Part shown: in pieces, positions 38,883 through 49,000 of the stretch
How the letters are laid out: every line of letters begins with the position of its first letter
How positions within the stretch are numbered: position 1 is the stretch's first letter
Assembly: GCA_938085445.1 (NCBI GenBank)
Contig: CALKGR010000003.1
Span: forward strand, 1 to 64,000
From: an uncultured Rubripirellula sp.
Lineage (GTDB): Bacteria; Planctomycetota; Planctomycetia; Pirellulales; Pirellulaceae
Direction of reading: 5' to 3'
Length of the DNA: 64,000 nucleotides
Notes under the pieces: model-generated
Seen by the model: the letters and a program-made list of their open reading frames with translations, nothing else
What the model was told of the DNA's origin: nothing
Database searches by the model: none
Program-made: the position numbers and the translations under genes

Positions 38883-41285
38883 TCAAGGTTTTTTAACTGC
38901 CTGGTACTGATTTCGCAGAGCCTCATCGAGCGTCCCTTGGGTAAGCAGGACAAACTTCGCACGGCGATATGCTTCTTGCTGGTCACCCATTCTCTGCAAC
39001 ACGCGAATTGCCGCTAATTTGGCTTCGTGCCAGCCGCGTTGACCTTGAGGCAAACCAGACGCTAATTCATCCCACAACGCAACTCCCGCCTGCTGGGCTT
39101 TTGAATTATCCGTGGAGCCCAGCATCATAGCGGACTGCTGTATCGACTTCCGGGGATTTGCCGATGTCTTCCGAACCTCCTTCAGCAGTTCAATCGCCTT
39201 TTCAACATCGCCATTCCACAAAGAACGTTCTGCTGATTCAATGGACACCGATTCTGACCCCATCCACTTTGTCAACAAAGCAAGCGTGTTTGTACGTAAC
39301 GATGAATCAATGCGGGCATCTGCCATCAAACGCTGCTCTATCTGAGGCAACAGATCCAAGGGTGGCGATTCTGTTGGCATTAGTCCACTCTGTCTGAAAG
39401 TGATGATTGAGTCAATGAATCCATCTTCCAAAAAGACGTCGGCCCCCTGTTGCTTGAGATCAACAAGCTCGGATCGATCCAAGTGTAGAGCAGACAGAAG
39501 GCGGTAACGTGAACGCATTGCATCATTGCTGATCAGTTTCTTCATTGCAGCTTGAAAACCAGTCGTCGCTTGCCGCCAAGCAATTTGCATAGGCACCTTA
39601 TTATTAGCGACCTTAGTAGCCACGGTATCAGCGGCACTTTCTTTCAAAACCAACAACCATGCATTCGCAATGGACTGTGATAATTCACCATCAATCGTTG
39701 CAGGTTGAATATCCGAAACGATTTCCGCTGCCTCAAGATAACGTTGCTGTGAAGTAAGAATCTTTTTCAACCAGGTGCGAATGGAGCCTGAATTGGAATC
39801 ATCAGACCACTTCTGCAAGTTCACCCGCAGCATCGCTTCAAGACGTTTGACAGTTGCTGGATTCGACGGATCAAGCCTCGCGAGCAGGATTGCAGCCTGT
39901 AGATGAGTTGCCGATGCTTTCTCGGCAGTTGGTTTCGCCAACGGCACATCCTGCATCAACTCAATTGCATCATTCACGCGTTTTGCTGCTAAAAGTGCTG
40001 CGGCAGCTTCAGCAACTCGGCTCATCGCGCGATCAGGGTCCCTTTCGGCGGCAGCAGCGGCGGCCAAGAGATCACCCGCACGACTGGGATCACCGCGTCG
40101 CAACCAATCCTGACCTTGAGCAGCAACCACAGATGGATCAACAGTGACTTTTGATTGCCCCGTAGCATTCAAGTACGACAGCGAAAGCGCATCAGCGCGA
40201 CGCCTGGCATATGCCCCTCCACGCTGCTGTATTGCTTCCAACCAATCACCAACTCGGCGTCCCCCATTGGTGGCCAGCAAAAACTCAAGTCTTGCCAAGT
40301 CCATGGATAGCGCACTGGGTGCTGTCTCCGGAACCTCACCAAAAAAGTCGCTCAATAATTTTCCGGCCTTTGACATCTGGCCTTGCGCGATACAGGACCG
40401 CACCCTGAGAGCTTGTAATTTAGGAGGTAGAGAATCATTAAATTGCGGTAGCAGCGCTGTCAATAAATTATCACAGCGATCATATTGCGCAGCCTGAAAT
40501 ACCGCTTCTACTCGCAAACGTTCAACTTCTCTTCTCGCATCAGTTCCGACAGGCAACCGTGTAATCGCATCATTTGCTACCTGCTCCGCCTTCGTTGCCG
40601 CTGCGATGCAATCAGCACTACCGCGGGGAAACAAAGCAGTTTGAACCAGTGCAATTGAAACTGCATCGATTTGCAGTTTTTGGCCGAGACGACGCAAATC
40701 AGCAATCACTCCACGACTGGTAGCAGTACGGTCTGATTCGAGCGCTGAGCGTTTCTGTTGAACTTCCTCAGCCAAACTTGAGACATGGGCCATTGCCGTC
40801 AGCAACTGCCGCGTAGCCTGTTCCTGTATTTGGCCGTTGCGGGGAGATACTGCGGCACGCAACACACTGTGCATAGCGAACGACTTTTCGCTATCCAACA
40901 ACTGTGATTTGAGAAATAACTTACGTGGATGGTTCGGATAAGCACCTAACAAATCACTGATTGGACGCTGTACTTCTGCCAACTCATCATTGCCAAACGT
41001 ATCACGCCCCATCTGTCTGGCCGTGAGTATTTTTGACTTTCTCACTCGCCATTTGGCAGCCGCATCGCCTTGAAGTTCCAAGTTGATCGAGCGTATTCGG
41101 CAAAGGTCAAGAGCGTCATCAAAACGTCCACGTTCCAATAAGGCCTGAATCAAATCCTCGTCTCGATCCTGAGTCATCCGTCCAACAATTTTTTCTGACA
41201 GCCCAGCGGCAACAGTTTGCCGATCACTACCTTCAAAGTAGACAGACGCAAGGAGCAACAAAATGATTTGTAAGGCACGAGTCAT
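38883..41285 (-). CDS. Exported alpha-helical (TPR-like) hypothetical protein
   Basis: 800 aa, signal peptide, Ala/Leu/Arg-rich helices; 2 bp downstream of exbD. Confidence 0.75.
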   Translation of the reverse strand: MTRALQIILLLLASVYFEGSDRQTVAAGLSEKIVGRMTQDRDEDLIQALLERGRFDDALDLCRIRSINLELQGDAAAKWRVRKSKILTARQMGRDTFGNDELAEVQRPISDLLGAYPNHPRKLFLKSQLLDSEKSFAMHSVLRAAVSPRNGQIQEQATRQLLTAMAHVSSLAEEVQQKRSALESDRTATSRGVIADLRRLGQKLQIDAVSIALVQTALFPRGSADCIAAATKAEQVANDAITRLPVGTDARREVERLRVEAVFQAAQYDRCDNLLTALLPQFNDSLPPKLQALRVRSCIAQGQMSKAGKLLSDFFGEVPETAPSALSMDLARLEFLLATNGGRRVGDWLEAIQQRGGAYARRRADALSLSYLNATGQSKVTVDPSVVAAQGQDWLRRGDPSRAGDLLAAAAAAERDPDRAMSRVAEAAAALLAAKRVNDAIELMQDVPLAKPTAEKASATHLQAAILLARLDPSNPATVKRLEAMLRVNLQKWSDDSNSGSIRTWLKKILTSQQRYLEAAEIVSDIQPATIDGELSQSIANAWLLVLKESAADTVATKVANNKVPMQIAWRQATTGFQAAMKKLISNDAMRSRYRLLSALHLDRSELVDLKQQGADVFLEDGFIDSIITFRQSGLMPTESPPLDLLPQIEQRLMADARIDSSLRTNTLALLTKWMGSESVSIESAERSLWNGDVEKAIELLKEVRKTSANPRKSIQQSAMMLGSTDNSKAQQAGVALWDELASGLPQGQRGWHEAKLAAIRVLQRMGDQQEAYRRAKFVLLTQGTLDEALRNQYQAVKKP

Positions 41286-41287
41286 GG

Positions 41288-41731
41288 TTACTCCGGCTTA
41301 GCAGCAAATAGCACTCGATCAATCCCCGCTGCGCGTGCGGCATCATAGGCCTGAACAGCAAAAGCCATCGTCACTTTTTCATCGGGATCAACAATCACAG
41401 GTGGCTGCACCCCTAACGCAGTGATTTCAGTCAAACGATCTTCGATATCACTCATGCGATCCAGCGGCTGACCGTTCAATATGATTTGGGTTCCCTCCAC
41501 CTGCCACAGAAGCCGAATGACAATCTCGTCAAATTTCTCAACTGGCATTGCGTCACTGGATGCCTCAGCGGCGCCCATCGGTAATTCAGCGAGAGAACCA
41601 GGCAGATCAAACTCTGGTAATTCGAAGCTGCTGGTCCATACAAAGAAAACCAACAACAGAAACACGACATCGATCATGGGAGTCATTTTTAACTCCAGCG
41701 AATCCTCATTCGAAGTATTTGGCAACCTCAT
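41288..41731 (-). CDS. exbD: ExbD/TolR family biopolymer transporter
   Basis: MTPMIDVVFLLLVFF. Confidence 0.9.
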   Translation of the reverse strand: MRLPNTSNEDSLELKMTPMIDVVFLLLVFFVWTSSFELPEFDLPGSLAELPMGAAEASSDAMPVEKFDEIVIRLLWQVEGTQIILNGQPLDRMSDIEDRLTEITALGVQPPVIVDPDEKVTMAFAVQAYDAARAAGIDRVLFAAKPE

Positions 41732-42150
41732 AATCCAGCCTCCTCGCGAACAGCAATCGCAGCGTCTGTGATTCCAGCCAGAGCTGCTTCGCGGAGTAGC
41801 GGCTCGACCTGTTGGTATTGCACGGCACCATCGGTACGAATCCGAATCGCAGCATCGGCCCCCTGACTAACCTTCAAGTCGGACAAAATTGCCCGCACAC
41901 TAGACAAATCGACCACATCCCCGGAAACCAACCATCGGGCTTGCTGATCGACACTGATCGTCAAGGGTGCTTTGTCCGGATCGACGGGATCAAATGTTGA
42001 GGCAACCGGCAATTCCAGCGGCAGCCGATTCTCCTGTCGTGCCAGGTGACTCGACACCAGAAAAAAAATGATCAACAGAAAAACGACATCGATCATCGGT
42101 GTCATGTTAGCGCCGACACTTCGACGATTTCCTTGATTAGGTATTTGCAT
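41728..42150 (-). CDS. exbD: ExbD/TolR family biopolymer transporter
   Basis: NMTPMIDVVFLLIIFFLVSS, IRTDGAVQY. ATG at 42150 is preferred over the long track start, which overlaps the divergent gene. Confidence 0.9.
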   Translation of the reverse strand: MQIPNQGNRRSVGANMTPMIDVVFLLIIFFLVSSHLARQENRLPLELPVASTFDPVDPDKAPLTISVDQQARWLVSGDVVDLSSVRAILSDLKVSQGADAAIRIRTDGAVQYQQVEPLLREAALAGITDAAIAVREEAGL

Positions 42151-42246
42151 CGCTACATGGTACCTCACGGTCCGGCCACAATCCGATACCCTGTGGTTCG
42201 TGAATTCTGATTTGGCGGCGAGTCCGTACAGCTGGAACCTGTTTTG

Positions 42247-42849
42247 ATGGGCGAAAAGACAACCTTCCTTAAGAACTTCCTCCGAAATCCGGGGCAAGTG
42301 GGCGCAATCGCGCCCAGTAGTGACCGCTTGGTTCGCATGATGGTTGACTGGTTTGACTGGAATCAGATCCGGAATGTCGTCGAATTTGGCCCTGGCACGG
42401 GTGTATTCACAAAAGCAATTAGCGAGAAAATTCACCCCGAAACTACTTTTTTTGCGGTCGAGCGATCAGCTGAAATGGCTGAAGTGACCCGAAAACGCTG
42501 CCCCGATGTCACGGTCTACAACGATAGCGTCACCAATATTGCCGAACTCTGCCACCAAGAATCAATTGAGAAAATTGATGCTGTGATTTGCGGCCTGCCG
42601 TGGGCTTCATTTCCCGAATCACTTCAGACTGAAATCATCGATGCCATGCTGGGCGTGCTGGCACCCGAGGCTCAATTCGCAACTTTCGCATACTGGCAGG
42701 GAGTTGTGCTGCCAGCCGGTGCCCGCTTCAACCGACGCTTGAGAAATACATTTGTAAATGTAGAGCGAAGCCCAAGCGTGTGGCTGAATTTGCCTCCGGC
42801 CTTCGTTTATCGATGCACCAAACCTGCCTTGCCCAGTGAAGCAATTTGA
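42247..42849 (+). CDS. Class I SAM-dependent lipid N-methyltransferase (PmtA/OlsG-like)
   Basis: FLRNPGQVGAIAPSS, VEFGPGTG, CGLPW, FATFAY, NLPPAFVY. Confidence 0.85.
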   Translation: MGEKTTFLKNFLRNPGQVGAIAPSSDRLVRMMVDWFDWNQIRNVVEFGPGTGVFTKAISEKIHPETTFFAVERSAEMAEVTRKRCPDVTVYNDSVTNIAELCHQESIEKIDAVICGLPWASFPESLQTEIIDAMLGVLAPEAQFATFAYWQGVVLPAGARFNRRLRNTFVNVERSPSVWLNLPPAFVYRCTKPALPSEAI

Positions 42850-42857
42850 ACTCGTAG

Positions 42858-43619
42858 TTACCGGTCACGAAAACGCTGGCGATACTTCAGGGGTGTGAGC
42901 CCTGTCGCAGCTTTGAAATGCCGCGTCAGATGGCTCTGATCATAAAAGCCACATTCCATCACAATCTGTGTCAAACTCCGATCACTGCTCTCCAGCAAAT
43001 GCCTGACCATCCCCACCCGCACTTCGCGCAGGTAACGACTGGGGGTGACACCAAAGTTCTGCGAAAACTCTCGCTGCAGTTGACTGACTGATAAATGGAC
43101 ATGCTCTGCCATATCTTTGACTTCGATGTAGCTTGCGTGATTGTCAATGATGAAAGAAATCACACGAACGAGACGACTGTAGCCCGCTGAATCATCCGCT
43201 GAGTACTCATAAGGACGCTTCACGCCCGCAATCCCGACCACGTTTTCTTCACGATTGAACAGCGGGATCTTGCTACACAAATACAAACGGGGCACCCCAT
43301 TTTTTCCAGGTACCATCCAGACCTGGTCAGCGAGTGATTCTCCTACCGTGATCACTCGTTGATCCTCGGCAACGTATTGTGCCGCTATCGCAGGTGGAAA
43401 GAAGTCAAAGTCAGTATGTCCGACCAATTCATCTGGATGCGCAACTCCCACCACATCACAAACAACACGATTGGCTCGTACAAAACGACTTTCCAAGTCC
43501 TTGATGTACATGTACACGCCAGGAATACAATCAAACAGATCCAACAGCGTTCTCGGCCGCGCAAGTTGTTTGAAAAACTGATCCTGCCATCCCAACGGAT
43601 TCTTAATTCCTTCGCTCAT
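42858..43619 (-). CDS. AraC family transcriptional regulator with N-terminal PAS domain
   Basis: YIKDLESRFVRAN..GHTDFDFFP (PAS); GFYDQSHLTRHFK..GLTP..YR (AraC HTH). Confidence 0.92.
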   Translation of the reverse strand: MSEGIKNPLGWQDQFFKQLARPRTLLDLFDCIPGVYMYIKDLESRFVRANRVVCDVVGVAHPDELVGHTDFDFFPPAIAAQYVAEDQRVITVGESLADQVWMVPGKNGVPRLYLCSKIPLFNREENVVGIAGVKRPYEYSADDSAGYSRLVRVISFIIDNHASYIEVKDMAEHVHLSVSQLQREFSQNFGVTPSRYLREVRVGMVRHLLESSDRSLTQIVMECGFYDQSHLTRHFKAATGLTPLKYRQRFRDR

Positions 43620-43746
43620 GCGGCAAATGTACAATTTTTTACGCGGTAACTACAAGATGGTAGAAATACAAATCGGGATAATAGAAACGTGAACCGCGGA
43701 ATCCCAAAGATAAGTCATGGACCTCACACTCAAATGAAAGAGCAGT

Positions 43747-44178
43747 ATGCCCCCATCGCACAACAGCGATATCACAGCAGAATTATCCGACAAGATACTT
43801 GCCGCGGCGATTTCTAAATCAGACACTCTCGGACTGCGAATCAACATCGCGATCGTTGATGCAGGCACGAATCTGAAAGCATTCCGCAGAATCGATGAAA
43901 CTTGGATCGGCAGCATCGATATCCCGTGCGAAAAATCCGGAACCGCCCGTTTCTGTGATATGCCAACAGGTACTCTCGGTGAACTCTCTCAACCTGGCGG
44001 AACCTTGTACAACATCGAAAATTCAAATGGTGGACTGATCTCGTTCCCCGGTGGCTTACCGATCACCAACGATAAGGAGGCGGTAATCGGAGCGATTGGT
44101 GTATCAAGAGCGTCAGTCGAAGATAATCACGCAGTAGCATCGGCTGACTTGGATGCCGCAATCGGAATCCAAAACTGA
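43747..44178 (+). CDS. GlcG/HbpS family heme-binding protein (possibly degenerating)
   Basis: NIAIVDAGTNL, FPGGLPI, IGAIGVS. Confidence 0.8.
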   Translation: MPPSHNSDITAELSDKILAAAISKSDTLGLRINIAIVDAGTNLKAFRRIDETWIGSIDIPCEKSGTARFCDMPTGTLGELSQPGGTLYNIENSNGGLISFPGGLPITNDKEAVIGAIGVSRASVEDNHAVASADLDAAIGIQN

Positions 44179-44338
44179 ATGCCAGCTAATTTGTAGCCAT
44201 TAGACTGAATCCCGCAGGTTCCCTCACATAGCACACGCTCAACAGCACTAAGTCTGTTGATTGTGTAACCGCCTTTCACAATTAGCGGTTAAAATGACAG
44301 CTAAGTTGCAATTACCCATTTATACAGCGAAAAGTTAC

Positions 44339-46705
44339 ATGCGCGGTTTTGTTCCTATCATCACACTTGTCTTTACCTTTGCAACGGGCTCGCACGCCCA
44401 TGCTGGTGACGAGCTTTCATTTAATCGCGACATCCGGCCAATTCTCTCGGACACATGTTTTTTTTGTCATGGCCCCGACTCTGAGCATCGCGAAGCAGAT
44501 CTGCGGCTCGACGTTGAAGCGTCGGCAAAACAGGATGCCATTGAACCTGGTAACGCCAACATGAGTGAATTGATCGCAAGAATCACTTCAAGCGACGCCG
44601 ACGAATTGATGCCCCCACCCGAATCTGGCAAACGTCTTAATCAAGAGCAGATCGATCTGTTGAAACGCTGGGTGAACGAGGGTGCGATCTATGAACCGCA
44701 CTGGTCTTATGTCGCCCCGAAGTCAAAACCCGCACCCATCACTAACAGTGCATGGGCGCGTGATCCTCTTGATGATCATATTCTGGAGAAACTACCAAAA
44801 ACACTAGGGCCCCCCTCGCCGGATAGCCCGCGTCACACCTTGATTCGCCGAGTTACATTTGACCTCACAGGTCTTCCACCGACAAAACAGCAAATCGAAG
44901 CGTTTGTTGGTGACACAAGCCCCATGGCGTATCCGAAGGCTGTCGATCGTCTTCTCGCTTCACCCGCTTACGGGGAACGCATGGCAACCTACTGGCTGGA
45001 CCTGGTTCGCTATGCGGACACGGTCGGTTATCACGGCGATCAAGACCACAATATTTCACCTTATCGCGACTATGTCATTGACAGTTTCAATGACGACTTA
45101 CCCTTAGATGAATTCACGCGTCAACAGCTGGCAGGTGATCTTGTTAAAAATCCCACGCCCGAGGAACAGATCGCGACCGGATATAACCGACTGCTGCAAA
45201 CAACTCATGAAGGAGGACTGCAACCGAAAGAATATCTTGCCATCTATGCCGCGGATCGCATCCGCAATGTATCGGCCGTTTGGATGGGAGCCACGGTAGG
45301 TTGTGCCCAATGCCACGACCACAAATATGACCCGTATTCAACCAAAGACTTCTATTCGATGGTCGCATTTTTCGCAGACATTGATGAGCAGCAGCACTTC
45401 AAAGTCGGCACCAACTCTCTACCGACCAAACGTCCCCCCGAAATTTCGGTAGGAAGTCGGTGGCAACGAGAACTTGCGGGCCAAATTGAATCGCAGTTGA
45501 AAACACTGAAAAGCAAACTGGAACGGATTGATCCGGCACAGGCAAGCACCATCAATCGTGAGATTGTCGCATATCAGGAAGAGTTGAAACAACTCAAGGC
45601 ATCGAATCGCCTCACAATGGTGACACGGTCTGTAACTCCACGGGAGATAAGGATTTTACCGAGAGGAAACTGGTTAGATGACAGCGGACCCATCGTCGAT
45701 CCGGCGATACCGGAATTCCTTGGAACGCTCGATACCGATGGAAACCGTGCGACGCGTCTTGATCTTGCAAACTGGATTGTCGATGTGGAAAACGGCATCG
45801 GTGGACTAACTGCGAGGGTCTTTGTAAATCGCTTTTGGTATCTGCTGTTCGGTCGCGGTATCTCTCCGTCACTTGGTGACTTTGGTGGTCAAGGACAGCC
45901 GCCAAATCATCCAGAAATGCTGGATCAGCTTGCCCTTGATTTCATTCATGATGACTGGAGTATCAAACGCATGATGCGCCGCCTTGTCTTATCTCGCAGT
46001 TACCAGCAGGCATCAGATACAACTGCTACACAGCTCCGGGAAGATCCATACAACCAATGGTTTGGACGCCAGGCCCGCTATCGACTGCCAGCCGAGATGG
46101 TTCGCGACAACGTGCTATCGGTTAGTGATCTGCTCGTGCACACAGTTGGTGGTTCCAGCATCAAACCAAGTCAGCCCGCCGGCTATTACCGTCATCTGAA
46201 CTTTCCAAAACGTGTCTACTCTCCACATCTGGATCAACGCCAATATCAGCGAGGTGTTTACGTTCATTGGCAGAGACAATTTTTGCATCCCATGCTCAAA
46301 GCCTTGGACGCGCCGAGTCGTGAAGAGTGCACGGCACAACGAGCACGATCCAACACACCGCTGGAAGCATTGGTCATGCTGAACGATCCAGCCATGATCG
46401 ATGCCGCAGTGGCCTTTGCTTCTGCTCTGCTAAAAGTCCAAGAAGAAGATTCGGGAGCTAAGATTGCAAGAGCATTTGAATTGACAGTGTCTCGAGAACC
46501 TGATTCTTTCGAACTGCAAGCGCTCAGCAACTTGCTGGAATCCGAAGTCAAACATTACCGTTCCAACCCTGAAGATGCTGCAAAGCTGCTGGATACGATC
46601 GATCGGAATATTGATATTGAATCGGTCAACCCACAACAACTTGCCGCCTGGACCACTCTCACCCGTGCTCTCTTGAATCTGCAGGAAGCCGTTACCCGTT
46701 ACTAG
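44339..46705 (+). CDS. Planctomycete cytochrome c + DUF1549/DUF1553 (PSCyt1/PSCyt2/PSD1) protein
   Basis: FNRDIRPILSDTCFFCHGPD, YGERMATYWLDLVRYAD, CAQCHDHKYDP, ARVFVNRFW, SNTPLEALVMLND. Confidence 0.93.
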   Translation: MRGFVPIITLVFTFATGSHAHAGDELSFNRDIRPILSDTCFFCHGPDSEHREADLRLDVEASAKQDAIEPGNANMSELIARITSSDADELMPPPESGKRLNQEQIDLLKRWVNEGAIYEPHWSYVAPKSKPAPITNSAWARDPLDDHILEKLPKTLGPPSPDSPRHTLIRRVTFDLTGLPPTKQQIEAFVGDTSPMAYPKAVDRLLASPAYGERMATYWLDLVRYADTVGYHGDQDHNISPYRDYVIDSFNDDLPLDEFTRQQLAGDLVKNPTPEEQIATGYNRLLQTTHEGGLQPKEYLAIYAADRIRNVSAVWMGATVGCAQCHDHKYDPYSTKDFYSMVAFFADIDEQQHFKVGTNSLPTKRPPEISVGSRWQRELAGQIESQLKTLKSKLERIDPAQASTINREIVAYQEELKQLKASNRLTMVTRSVTPREIRILPRGNWLDDSGPIVDPAIPEFLGTLDTDGNRATRLDLANWIVDVENGIGGLTARVFVNRFWYLLFGRGISPSLGDFGGQGQPPNHPEMLDQLALDFIHDDWSIKRMMRRLVLSRSYQQASDTTATQLREDPYNQWFGRQARYRLPAEMVRDNVLSVSDLLVHTVGGSSIKPSQPAGYYRHLNFPKRVYSPHLDQRQYQRGVYVHWQRQFLHPMLKALDAPSREECTAQRARSNTPLEALVMLNDPAMIDAAVAFASALLKVQEEDSGAKIARAFELTVSREPDSFELQALSNLLESEVKHYRSNPEDAAKLLDTIDRNIDIESVNPQQLAAWTTLTRALLNLQEAVTRY

Positions 46706-46762
46706 CCCTGAAGCACCAGCACCACCGCGTTCGTAATCCATAGCCGCCGCAAAGCCATCCCC

Positions 46763-48187
46763 ATGAAACAGCATTCAAATCCACTCAATCGGCGCACATT
46801 CCTGTCCCACAATGGAGTCGCTGTTGGCAGCGCCGCTTTGTCATCCCTGCTGGCAACCGACGCAAAAGCTGCCAACAAGGTCAATGCGGGTGCTCGAGCT
46901 GACGTGCCACATCATATTGCAAAAGCCAAACGCGTCATTTTTCTGTGCATGGCGGGTGGTCCATCTCACCTCGAAACATTTGATTACAAACCAGAATTGG
47001 ACCGACTCAACGGAAAACCCATGCCAGCGTCCTATACCGAGGGACAGCCGATTGCCCAATTACAGGGCAAGGAACTGAAATGTCAGGGACACTTGACCAA
47101 ATTCGCAAAGCATGGGCAGTCGGGTCAACTGATCAGTGACTATCTACCTTTCCACCAAAAAATGGCGGATGATATCTGCGTTATTCGGTCGATGGTTACC
47201 GAGCAGATCAACCATGATCCTGCACATACCTTCATGAATACGGGCACTGCAATCAGCGGAAGGCCGTCGATGGGATCATGGGTCACCTACGGCTTGGGCA
47301 GCGAAAGCGAAAACTTGCCCGGCTTTGTCGTGCTGACGAGTGTGGGTGGACGTAATCCACAGCCCATTGCATCCCGACAATGGTCAGCCGGATTTCTTCC
47401 GAGCCGCTTTCAGGGCGTGGAATTCAGCGGCAGTGGACAACCGGTGAACTATGTCGATGCACCTGAAGGAGTCCAGAGACGACAGCAACAGCGTCTGATT
47501 GAAGCCATTGGTCAACTCAACCAACATCGGCTGAAATCGACAGGTGACCCAGAAATCGAGACTCGCTTGGCAAACTATGAGATGGCTTTCCGAATGCAAA
47601 CTTCAGTGCCCGATCTGGCAGATGTCTCGGATGAACCGCAGCATATTCTCGACATGTATGGTGCAAAACCAGGCGATGGGTCATATGCCTCAAACTGTCT
47701 GCTTGCGAGGCGACTGGCTGAGCGCGGGGTCCGTTTCATCCAACTTTATCATCGTGGCTGGGACCACCACGGTGGACTTGAGAAGTACATGGACATTTGT
47801 TGTGGATTGACCGATCGCGCGACGTGGGCCCTGCTGACTGATCTGAAACAGCGGGACATGCTGAAAGATACACTGATCATTTGGGGTGGTGAGTTCGGCA
47901 GAACACCTATGTTTCAAGGGAAGGGTGGCGCAGGTCGTGACCACCATATCAAGGGATTCTCCATGTGGATGGCCGGGGGCGGAATCAAACCCGGACAAAG
48001 CTATGGCGCCACGGATGATCTTGGCTACCACGCGGTAGACGATGTCGTGCATGTACGTGACATGCACGCCACAATGTTGCACCAGCTAGGAATCAAGCAT
48101 CAGAACTTCACGCACAAATTTCAGGGTTTGGACATGAAACTGACCGGCGTTGAGCCTGCTCGTGTCATTGAACCGATCATCGCGTGA
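46763..48187 (+). CDS. DUF1501 domain protein (Tat-exported)
   Basis: NRRTFL Tat motif; MAGGPSHLETFDYKP, GWDHH, GEFGRTP, GRDHH. Confidence 0.93.
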   Translation: MKQHSNPLNRRTFLSHNGVAVGSAALSSLLATDAKAANKVNAGARADVPHHIAKAKRVIFLCMAGGPSHLETFDYKPELDRLNGKPMPASYTEGQPIAQLQGKELKCQGHLTKFAKHGQSGQLISDYLPFHQKMADDICVIRSMVTEQINHDPAHTFMNTGTAISGRPSMGSWVTYGLGSESENLPGFVVLTSVGGRNPQPIASRQWSAGFLPSRFQGVEFSGSGQPVNYVDAPEGVQRRQQQRLIEAIGQLNQHRLKSTGDPEIETRLANYEMAFRMQTSVPDLADVSDEPQHILDMYGAKPGDGSYASNCLLARRLAERGVRFIQLYHRGWDHHGGLEKYMDICCGLTDRATWALLTDLKQRDMLKDTLIIWGGEFGRTPMFQGKGGAGRDHHIKGFSMWMAGGGIKPGQSYGATDDLGYHAVDDVVHVRDMHATMLHQLGIKHQNFTHKFQGLDMKLTGVEPARVIEPIIA

Positions 48188-48250
48188 AAAAGGTAGTGGG
48201 TGTGAAGCCAGTGTGTCTGTGGACGGGAAAGGCAGTCACACCAGTAGAGA

Positions 48251-49000
48251 TCAAAGACTCAGTTCACTTGCAGATTCGGGATCAAGGACAAAGGTCAATC
48301 TTGCATGTCCTTGCAAGAGTGATGCTGGGTTAGCGGAATCAGCAGGACCCTCGATTGCGGATTGAATAACTTTGGCTTTTGATTTACCAGTGGCCATCAA
48401 TACAATCTGCCGTGCCTCAAGGATCGTTCCAATTCCCATCGTAATTGCATGGCGAGGAACCTCTGCAGCTGATTGGAAAAATCGCGAATTTGCTTCGATT
48501 GTATTCTCCGTCAAATCAACCAAGCGCGTCCGACTATCAATCGGTGAACCTGGTTCATTGAAAGCGATGTGCCCGTTATTACCGATTCCTAAGAGTTGCA
48601 AATCAATGCCGCCTGCGTTCAACACCTGTTCTTCATAATAGGCCACATGGCTTTCAATGTTGGCCGCGATCCCATCGGGGACATGGGTTTGTTCCTGTAC
48701 CACATTGACATGATCGAACAATTGCTGCTGCATGAAGTACCGATAACTTTGATCATGCTCGGGACCCAAACCAACATATTCATCAAGATTAAAGGTGGTG
48801 ACTTTGGAAAAATTCATTTCACCGGCCTGAAATCTTTCTACCATCAAACGGTAAACACCAACCGGTGTACCCCCGGTCGCAAGTCCGAGAACAGCAGAGG
48901 GATTCCCCCGAATCGTCTCATGGATCAAATCTGCGGTGCAATGCGCTGCGTGATCCTTGTCTGTAGCGACCACAATCGTCGGTTGATTAGTCTTGGTCAT
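48251..49000 (-). CDS. nagB: Glucosamine-6-phosphate deaminase
   Basis: LGLATGGTP, FNLDEY, GIGNNGHIAFNEPG, AITMGIGTI. Confidence 0.95.
   Translation of the reverse strand: MTKTNQPTIVVATDKDHAAHCTADLIHETIRGNPSAVLGLATGGTPVGVYRLMVERFQAGEMNFSKVTTFNLDEYVGLGPEHDQSYRYFMQQQLFDHVNVVQEQTHVPDGIAANIESHVAYYEEQVLNAGGIDLQLLGIGNNGHIAFNEPGSPIDSRTRLVDLTENTIEANSRFFQSAAEVPRHAITMGIGTILEARQIVLMATGKSKAKVIQSAIEGPADSANPASLLQGHARLTFVLDPESASELSL

Noticed and set aside
42151..42435. Long N-terminal extension of ExbD overlapping the methyltransferase
   Set aside because: Artefact of the longest-ORF call; ATG 42150 gives a normal-length ExbD.
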